DNA from: Actinomycetota bacterium | GTDB lineage: Bacteria; Actinomycetota; Acidimicrobiia; Acidimicrobiales; Ilumatobacteraceae | Length of the DNA stretch: 64,000 nucleotides | Direction: 5' to 3' | Assembly (NCBI GenBank): GCA_039185545.1 | Contig: JBCDAK010000001.1 | Span: forward strand, 3,652-67,651 | Part shown: positions 37,823-46,000 of the stretch, in pieces | Layout of the letters: each line of letters begins with the position of its first letter | Position numbering within the stretch: position 1 is the stretch's first letter | The notes under the pieces: generated by a model | The model's input: the letters and a program-made list of their open reading frames with translations, nothing else | The model's database searches: none | Told to the model about the DNA's origin: nothing | Made by a program: the position numbers and the translations under genes

Positions 37823-40173
37823 GCCGCTCGTACGAGTTCGCCTTCGTGGTCGAGCAGGTGCTCGGACACATCACGCACGGCGACAACCTCCGCCAGCACG
37901 TCGAACGCGGCGGCGTCCGGCCGCACTGGGTCCTGCCGGGGTACGACGTCGAGGGCGTCGCCGCCAAGATCCCGGTCTACAACTCGAACTGGACCGTCCG
38001 GTCCGGTGTCACCGCCCGCCGGGAACTGCGCGCCATCGACAAGGCGCAGCGTCTCGACGCCGTCTTCTTCCACACGCAGACCACCGCGATCATGGCCGCC
38101 GACTGGGTGCGCCGCCGTCCGAGTGTGGTGTCCGTCGACGCGACGCCGTCGCAGTACGACGAACTCGGGCCGTTCTACGAACACGACGTCGGACCCGCGG
38201 CCGTCGAGAAGGCCAAGGCGGCCGGGATGCGCGCCGTTCTCGACTCGGCCGACCACGTCGTGGCGTGGAGCCGCTGGGCGAAGGACAGCCTCGTCGCCGA
38301 CTACGGCGTCGCGTCGTCGAAGGTGAGCGTCGTGCCGCCCGGCGTGTCGGTCGACTCGTTCGCCGTCGACCGACCCGAGCCCGGCGACGGTCCGGTGAAG
38401 GTGCTGTTCGTCGGCGGTGACCTCGAGCGAAAGGGCGGGAACCTGCTCATCGAGGCGTGCCGTCGCCTCGGTCCGGCAGTCGAGCTGCACGTCGTGACCC
38501 GCGACGAGGCCGACCCCGGTCCGGGCCTCTTCGTGCACCGAGGGCTCACGCCCAACAGTCCCGAGCTCCTGGCGCTGTACCGGGACTGCGAGGTGTTCGC
38601 GCTGCCGACCTACGGCGACTGTCTCCCGATGGTGTTGTCCGAGGCCGGCGCCGCATCGATGGCCACCGTGTCCACCGAGGTCGCCGGGATCCCCGAGATC
38701 GTGGTCGACGGCGAGACGGGATCCGTGGTGCCGGTCGGCGACGTCGACGCACTCGAGGCCGCCCTCCGGCGCCTCGTCGACGACCCCGACGTGCGTTCTC
38801 GACTCGGCCGGGCAGCACATCGACACGTCTCCGCCCGGTACGACACCGCCGCGAACACCGACCGGCTCGTCGAGATCATGAAGGCCGTCGCCGACGGTCG
38901 CCGCATCGATGGCGACGCGGTCGACGGGACCGGGATCGACGAGACACCGTCGTCGGGGGTCGCGAGGCGACCGGGTGCACGCAGCTCGTCCCCCGAGTCT
39001 CCGACCGCCGATGCCGCCCGCCGTGACTCCGTCGAGCTGGAGCCCGCCTCCGTCGGTGTCGGCATCGTCGGCGGCGGTTTCGTGGCCGACTACTACGCCA
39101 GCACGATCCCGGGCCATCCCGAACTCCGCCTCGTCGGGGTCGCCGACGCGGTCGACGCCCATCGAGATCGCTACGCGGACCACCACGGAGTCCGCGCCTT
39201 CGCCTCGGTCGACGAGCTGCTCTCGTCCGACGACATCGACATCGTCGTCAACCTCACCAACCCGCGCAGTCACGTCGAGATCTCCGAGGCGGCGCTGCGC
39301 GCCGGCAAGCACGTCTACACCGAGAAGCCGCTGGCGCTCGACGTCGACGAGGCACGCCGGTTGGTCGAGTTGTCCGAGGAGCTCGGACTCGAGATCTCGT
39401 CGGCGCCGTGCAGCCTGCTCGGCGAGACGGCACAGACCATCTGGAAGGCGCTGCGGCGGGGGGTCGTCGGCGACGTCCGGCTCGTCTACGCCGAGATGGA
39501 CGAGGGTCTCGTGCACCGGATGCCCTTCTCGGGATGGGCGAGCGAGGCGGGTGCGCCGTGGCCGTACCGCGACGAGTTCGAGTTGGGGACCGTCATCGAG
39601 CACGCCGGGTACGTGGTCACGTGGCTCCCGGCCATGTTCGGCTCGGCCGTCTCCGTCAGCGGCATCGCCGACTGCCTCATCTCCGACAAGGCGGGAGTCG
39701 CGACCGACGGGACCGACTTCTCCATCGGCGTCATCAGGTTCGAGTCGGGCGTGGTCGCGCGCGTCACGTGCAGCCTCATCGCGTCGCACGACCACTCGCT
39801 GCGGATCTTCGGCGACGACGGCGAGCTGCGGACCGAGGACACCTGGTTCTACGGCTCCAAGGTGCAGCGTCGCCGATCGGTGAACCTCCTCAACCGGCGG
39901 CACCAGTGGCTGCCGTGGAGGACCGTCAAACACGTCGGTGTGCCCGCGGAGTACGACTACCGGGGCACCCAGCAGATGGACTTCGCCCGCGGCGTGTCCG
40001 ACCTCGCTCGGTCGATCGCCGCAGGAGTCCGGCCTCGGCTGTCCGGCCGCTACTGCCTGCACACGACCGAGATCGTGCTGGCGCTCGACCGGGCGTTGCG
40101 CACGACGACGCACTACGAGATGACCACCGAGGCGCCGCCGGTCGACCCGATGCCGTGGGCGCTCGACGCGTGA
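37819..40173 (+). CDS. Fusion: GT4 glycosyltransferase + Gfo/Idh/MocA oxidoreductase
   Basis: ATG 37819 overlaps the upstream TGA. GT4 (VLFVGGDLERKGG, FALPTYGDCLPMVLSEAG), a ~50-aa linker, then GIVGGG, VNLTNP, GKHVYTEKPLA. Confidence 0.85.
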   Translation: MSRSYEFAFVVEQVLGHITHGDNLRQHVERGGVRPHWVLPGYDVEGVAAKIPVYNSNWTVRSGVTARRELRAIDKAQRLDAVFFHTQTTAIMAADWVRRRPSVVSVDATPSQYDELGPFYEHDVGPAAVEKAKAAGMRAVLDSADHVVAWSRWAKDSLVADYGVASSKVSVVPPGVSVDSFAVDRPEPGDGPVKVLFVGGDLERKGGNLLIEACRRLGPAVELHVVTRDEADPGPGLFVHRGLTPNSPELLALYRDCEVFALPTYGDCLPMVLSEAGAASMATVSTEVAGIPEIVVDGETGSVVPVGDVDALEAALRRLVDDPDVRSRLGRAAHRHVSARYDTAANTDRLVEIMKAVADGRRIDGDAVDGTGIDETPSSGVARRPGARSSSPESPTADAARRDSVELEPASVGVGIVGGGFVADYYASTIPGHPELRLVGVADAVDAHRDRYADHHGVRAFASVDELLSSDDIDIVVNLTNPRSHVEISEAALRAGKHVYTEKPLALDVDEARRLVELSEELGLEISSAPCSLLGETAQTIWKALRRGVVGDVRLVYAEMDEGLVHRMPFSGWASEAGAPWPYRDEFELGTVIEHAGYVVTWLPAMFGSAVSVSGIADCLISDKAGVATDGTDFSIGVIRFESGVVARVTCSLIASHDHSLRIFGDDGELRTEDTWFYGSKVQRRRSVNLLNRRHQWLPWRTVKHVGVPAEYDYRGTQQMDFARGVSDLARSIAAGVRPRLSGRYCLHTTEIVLALDRALRTTTHYEMTTEAPPVDPMPWALDA

Positions 40174-40192
40174 CCGAGGCGAGGACGTCGGC

Positions 40193-41311
40193 GTGACCGA
40201 ACCGCGTTCGATCACGCCCGGAGCCGCCGTCCGCTGGGGCATCGTCGGCGGGGGGCCGATGGCCGCCGGGTTCGCCGCCGACCTCCGACAGGTCGACGGG
40301 GCCGAGATCGTCGCGGTCACGTCACGCACGGCCGAGTCGGCCATACGTGCCGGCGCACGTCTGCGGATCGATCGGGTGCACCCCGATCTCGACGCATTCG
40401 CGGCCGACGACACCATCGACGTCGCGTACGTGGCGACGCCACACCACACCCACGCCGACATCACGATCGCGCTGCTCGAGGCAGGCGTCGCGGTGGTGTG
40501 CGAGAAGCCGTTCGCGCTCGACGGTGACGAGGCGAGACGCATGGTCGGCGCCGCTCGTGACGCCGGGGTCTTCTGCATGGAGGCGATGTGGACCCGCTTC
40601 CTGCCGGCGATCCGACGGGCCCGCGCCGTCGTGTCGGAGGGTGGCATCGGCGACCTCCTCGAGGTGCACGCCGACTTCAGCGTCAACGTGCCGATCCGCG
40701 AGGGCGACCGACGGTTCGATCCGTCCACGGGAGGCGGTGCGCTGCTCGACCTGGGTGTGTACACCGCAGCGATCGCCGACCTGTTCGCCGGTCCGGTCGA
40801 GTCGGGTGACGACGCGGTCGCTGCGCACGTGGCCATCGGTCCCTCCGGCGTCGACGAGCGAGTCGCCGCGCTCGTCCGACACCAGTCGGGCGCCAGCTCG
40901 GTTCTCGGCGCGTCGATCGTCTCCGAGGGTCCCGGCCGGGCGCTCCTGGTCGGCACGACGGGAACGATCGAACTGCCGGGGCCCGTCTGCGCACCTGACC
41001 GGATGATCCTGCGGCGCCATGGCGGTGCCGTGGTCGCCACCAACGGACGGGGTGGCCTCGCCGGACGCGTGGCGTCGCTTCCCGGCGGGTCACAGCTGAC
41101 CGGAGTCGCTCGGACGGTCCGCCGACGGCTGGGTGCCAGGCGGGTCGAGCGACTTCCGGCGAACGGCAACGGCTACACCCACGAGATCGACGAGGTCCAC
41201 CGGTGTCTGCGCGCCGGACGGACAGAGAGCGACGCGCACGATCTCGACACCACGGTGCGCGTCGCCGACCTCCTCGACCGGATTCGCTGGGCATCGTCGT
41301 CGGAGTCCTGA
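40193..41311 (+). CDS. Gfo/Idh/MocA family oxidoreductase
   Basis: RWGIVGGG, YVATPH..H, VCEKPF, MEAMWTRF.P, GGGALLDLGVY. Confidence 0.92.
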   Translation: MTEPRSITPGAAVRWGIVGGGPMAAGFAADLRQVDGAEIVAVTSRTAESAIRAGARLRIDRVHPDLDAFAADDTIDVAYVATPHHTHADITIALLEAGVAVVCEKPFALDGDEARRMVGAARDAGVFCMEAMWTRFLPAIRRARAVVSEGGIGDLLEVHADFSVNVPIREGDRRFDPSTGGGALLDLGVYTAAIADLFAGPVESGDDAVAAHVAIGPSGVDERVAALVRHQSGASSVLGASIVSEGPGRALLVGTTGTIELPGPVCAPDRMILRRHGGAVVATNGRGGLAGRVASLPGGSQLTGVARTVRRRLGARRVERLPANGNGYTHEIDEVHRCLRAGRTESDAHDLDTTVRVADLLDRIRWASSSES

Positions 41312-41569
41312 CGGCCTCGTGCGGCGCGACCTCGACGGGGGCCACCGGACAGATCGTCACGAGATCGGCACGACGACCGCGGAGAGTCGTCGATACATTT
41401 CGCGGAGCACAGGGGCTCCCCGGACGGTGGGGTCGTGGCTCAAGACGACCTCGGATTCGTCCGACATCAACCGTGGTCGGCGCGTCCGGCGTCGCCGAGA
41501 CGCTCGCCGGTCCGGTCGAGGCGGGCAGACGCCCGAGTCGAGTGGGAACACGAGATCAGGAGACGAGTG

Positions 41570-41812
41570 ATGCGAAGCGATGTGGTCCGAGCGGTCGAGG
41601 AGGTCTGTGGGATCGGAGCAGCCGACCTCGTCGACGACGCCGATCTCGAGACCCTCGGGATCGACTCGCTCGACCTCATCGAGATCGGCATGATCCTCGA
41701 GGAGCAACACGGGATCGCGCTGGCCAGCGAGCAGTTCGAGTCCGTCACCACGTTCGGCGAGACCGTCGCGGTCATCGAACAGCAGAAGGCGGCGCAGGAC
41801 GCCGCGTCGTGA
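41570..41812 (+). CDS. Discrete acyl carrier protein
   Basis: ATG 41570 after an AGGAG RBS; acidic 80 aa with LGIDSLDLIEI. Confidence 0.9.
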   Translation: MRSDVVRAVEEVCGIGAADLVDDADLETLGIDSLDLIEIGMILEEQHGIALASEQFESVTTFGETVAVIEQQKAAQDAAS

Positions 41813-41827
41813 CGTCGGTGCCGTGAG

Positions 41828-43027
41828 ATGACGTCCGCCATCGTCCGCGGCCTCGGAGTGGTCTCCCCCCTGGGGAGCGACCTGAACTCGTTCTCCCGCT
41901 CACTCGTCGACGCCGCCGAGACACGGGCGGTGGTCGCACGCACCACCCGGTACGAGCTGGAGTATCTGGCGTGTCATGCGTCGGGCTTCGAGCCCGCTGA
42001 TCGTTTCGAACGCCACGAGCTCCGTCGCCTCGATCGCGCTCACCTCATGGCGTTCTGGGCCGCCGACGACGCTCTCGCCATGGTGGGTGACGGGCCCGAT
42101 CCCGAGCGGTGCGCCGTGGTGGTCGGCACCGGGTTCGGCGCGGCCGGGTCGCACGAGGCGCAGAGCGAGGCGTGGCGTGACCGGGGTCCGCGAGCGGTCT
42201 CACCCCTCACGATTCCCGTCGTCATGTCGAACTCGATCGCCGCGCATCTCGCCATCCGGCTGGGTTGGACCGGCCCGGCGCTCACCATCGCCACGGCCTG
42301 CGCGTCCGGTGCCGACGCCATCGGCGAGGCGCTGTGGTTGCTGCGCACGGGCCGCGCCGACCGGGTGCTCGCCGGAGGAGTCGACGCGCTCCACGTCGAG
42401 CACGTGGTCACGGCATTCCTCCGGATGGAGGCCATGTCGAGCCGTCTCGACGACCCGGGCTCCGCGTCGCGCCCGTTCGATGCCGACCGCGACGGATTCG
42501 TCATGGGGGAGGGCGCCGGATTCGTGGTCCTCGAGCGTGACGACGGGTCGGTGACCGGTCTCGGCACCGTGTTCGGGTACGGCGTCAACAACGACGCGCA
42601 TCACATCGTCGCCCCGCCCGACGGAGGGGCCGGTGCCGCCGCGTGCGTGCGGGCCGCCCTGGTCGATGCGGGCATCGAGCCGAGCGACATCGCCCACGTC
42701 AACGCACATGGCACGTCGACGTCCCGCAACGACGCGGCCGAGGCGGCCGCTCTCGCCGACGTGTTCGGCCCATCGGCCGTCCCCGTCACCGCCACCAAGG
42801 CCGTCATGGGGCACCTGGTCGGTGGCGCCGGCGCCGTCGAGTGCATCGCTGCCGTCCTCACCGCTCAGAGCGGCGATCTCCCCGGCGTGAGGACTCTGTC
42901 CACGCTCGATCCCGAGATCGACGGCCTCATCGACGTCTCGAGCGACCGTCGCTCGATCGACCCCGGTCCGGCACTGAGCACCTCCTTCGGGTTCGGCGGT
43001 CACAACGCGTGCCTGGTGGTGGGTTGA
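41828..43027 (+). CDS. Beta-ketoacyl-ACP synthase II (FabF-like)
   Basis: TACASG (Cys), HVNAHGTST (His), TKAVMGH (Lys/His), RPFD..RDGFVMGEGAG, SFGFGGHN. Confidence 0.92.
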   Translation: MTSAIVRGLGVVSPLGSDLNSFSRSLVDAAETRAVVARTTRYELEYLACHASGFEPADRFERHELRRLDRAHLMAFWAADDALAMVGDGPDPERCAVVVGTGFGAAGSHEAQSEAWRDRGPRAVSPLTIPVVMSNSIAAHLAIRLGWTGPALTIATACASGADAIGEALWLLRTGRADRVLAGGVDALHVEHVVTAFLRMEAMSSRLDDPGSASRPFDADRDGFVMGEGAGFVVLERDDGSVTGLGTVFGYGVNNDAHHIVAPPDGGAGAAACVRAALVDAGIEPSDIAHVNAHGTSTSRNDAAEAAALADVFGPSAVPVTATKAVMGHLVGGAGAVECIAAVLTAQSGDLPGVRTLSTLDPEIDGLIDVSSDRRSIDPGPALSTSFGFGGHNACLVVG

Positions 43028-43028
43028 C

Positions 43029-46000
43029 GTGAGCTCCCCTCTCACGACCCGGTCGGACCACACGACCGCCGAGACGACCCGTGGCGTCACCGCGACGCAG
43101 GAGTCGATGTGGTTCGACGCTCGCCACGATCCCGATTCGGTGCATCTGCACGTCTCGTTCGCGGTCCGGCTCGACGCTCCCGTCGAGCCGAGTCACGCGG
43201 ACACGGTCATCCGCCATGCGATCGACACGTTCGACGATCTGCGTTCGGTGTTCGTCGACGTCGACGGTCGACCGGAGCGACGAATCCTCCCCGCCGGCGA
43301 CGTCGCAGCATGGCGATGCGACGACATCTCGGCCGACGATCTCGACGACGCGCTGAGGCAGCTCCACTGCGCGCCGTTCGACGTCGAGAACGGTCCGCTC
43401 GTCCGCTTCCAGGGGTATCTCCTCCCCGACGACTCGATGGTGGTCGCGATCGTCGCGCACCACCTCGTCGTCGACCTGTGGACCGTGGGCCTGCTCGGGG
43501 CGTGGCTCGCACAGGCCTACGCGGCCGTTCGACGCAGCGAGCCCATGCCGCCGCTCCGACGGCTCGGTTCGTTCCACCGGCACGTCGAGATCGAGTCGAC
43601 GCGCCTGGGCGGATCCGATCGTGCGGCGGCGCTCGAACACTGGCGCCCACTCGTCGACCACTCCCGGCCCACCACGCTCGTCGACGACGGACTCGTCGTC
43701 GGACCGCGACCCGGACTCGGTGACGTCGTCCCCGTCCGCCTCGATCGCGAGGTCGAGATCGGAATCCGCGACCTCGCCGACCGGCTCGGCACCTCGATTC
43801 GCTCGGTCGTGCTCGCCGCCCTCGACACGGTGCTCCACCGCACACTCGGATCCGACCGCGTCACGGTCATCGAGTCGAAGGCCAATCGAACCGGAGCGAC
43901 GGCCCGCACGCTGGGCTGCTGTCTCAACCAGGTCCTCCGGGTGTCGGAGGCCGAGTCGTCGACCACGGTGGCGCAGCTGATCGGCGAGGTCGATCGACAG
44001 ACCCGCGCCTCCCGACCGCACGACTGGCTCCCGCTGTCGACCCTCATGCACGAGACCGGTCGCCCGACCGGGTCGGTGCCGGCGACCGAGGTCGCGTTCT
44101 CGTGGCAGAAGTCGGTGCGTCTCGTCGATCCGTCGCTCGCCCGCTCGCTCGCGCTGGGTGATCGCTCGCTCGATCGCGATCGTGAGTCGGTCGCCGCGGC
44201 GTCGATGCCGGTGCGCTCGTCGCCGGCTGCGGTGACTCTCATCGGAGCGGGCGACGGCGGTTCCGTCACACTCGCCCTCGAGTACCAGGTGGAGCGCTTC
44301 GCCCGTTCGTCGATCGAACTCCTCGGCGAGCGCCTCGCTCGGGTGCTCCGAGCATCGATCATCGATCCCGACGTACCCGTCGATGATGTCGATCTGATCG
44401 GCTCCGATCAGCGAGAGCGGCAGCGCAGCGAGTTCGGGACCCTCGATTCCACGACCGCGACGTCCACCGTGTCCGATCTCGTCGATGAACGGATGGCTGC
44501 GTCGCCCGACTCGGTCGCCATCCGACATCGCGGGCGTCGGGTCACCTACGCCGAGCTCGGCCGTCGGACCGACCGGATCGCCGAGGTCCTCGCAGCGGTC
44601 GACGGAGACGATCCGATCGGGGTCCTCACCAGCCGGTCCGTCGACATGGTCGCTGCGGTGCTCGCCGTGTGGCGCTCCGGTCGGGGATTCGTCCCGCTCG
44701 ACCCGAGCTACCCCGCGGCGCGTCTCGGCGACATGATCGGCGACGCCGGAGTCAGCTGCGTCGTGGTCGATGCCACCACCGTCGGTGCGGCCGAGCTCGT
44801 CGACGTCCTCGAGCGTCCGAGCCTGACGGTCGTCGACCTCGACGACGTCCCCGACGATCCACCGACAGCGACCGATGCCCTCGACCGGACGGAGCGGGCG
44901 GTGCGTCCGGCGTCGTCGGCACGTCCCGACGGTCTCGCTCACGTCTACTTCACGTCGGGCTCGACCGGTCGCCCGAAGGGTGTCGCCGTCACCCAGGCGA
45001 GCCTCGCCGGATTCCTCCGTTCGATGTGCGAACGGATCGAACTCGACGAGAACGACGTCGTCGCCGCGTCGACGACGCTCTCGTTCGACCCGGCGCTCCT
45101 CGAGCTCGTCGGCACGCTCGTGGTCGGGGGTGAGGTGCTGTTGATCGATCGCGACACCGTCGTCGACCCCGTCCTCTTCGGGCGCGCGCTCGGCGAAGCG
45201 ACCCTGGTGCAGGCGACGCCGACCGTGTACCGCATGCTGATCGAGAACGGCTGGACCGGTCACGATCGACTCGCGATCCTCTGCGGCGGCGAACCGATGA
45301 CACCGCAACTCGCCGCCGACCTGTCGGTTCGGGGAGCGTCGGTCTGGAATCTCTACGGGCCGACCGAGACCACGGTGTGGGCGACCGCCGATCGCGTCGA
45401 GCCCGGACACCGTCGGATCGGGCTCGGTCGACCGCTGCCCGGCGTGTGTCTCCACGTGCTCGACGAGCACTCGCGACCGGTCCCCGACGGCACCATCGGG
45501 GAGCTGTGGATCGGCGGCGACGGCGTCGCGATCGGATATGTCGGCCGGCCCGACCTCACCGCCGAACGCTTCGTCGACGATCCGTTCGTCGGGCGGCAGC
45601 GTCCGATGTACCGCACCGGCGATCTCGTCCGGCACGGACCGGGCGGCGTCCTCGAATTCCACGGCCGCACCGACTCGCAGGTCAAGGTCCGCGGTCACCG
45701 GATCGAGCTGGGCGAGATCGAAGCGGTGCTCGAGTCCCACCGGGCGGTGGTCGAGAGCGTGGCGACCGTGGTCGGTGACGGCGCCGACGCACGGCTCGTC
45801 GCGTTCGTGCGGGGCGAGACCGACCTCGACGCGACCGATCTCCGTCACTTCGCGTCGCGACGTCTTCCCCGGTCGATGCTGCCCGGTTCGATCGCGGTCG
45901 TCGAACGCTTCGCCCGCACGCCGAGCGGGAAGATCGACCGCCGACGTCTGCCGCAGGTCCACCTCGACGTCTCGGCCCCGGAATCGGCATCGGAGTCGGC

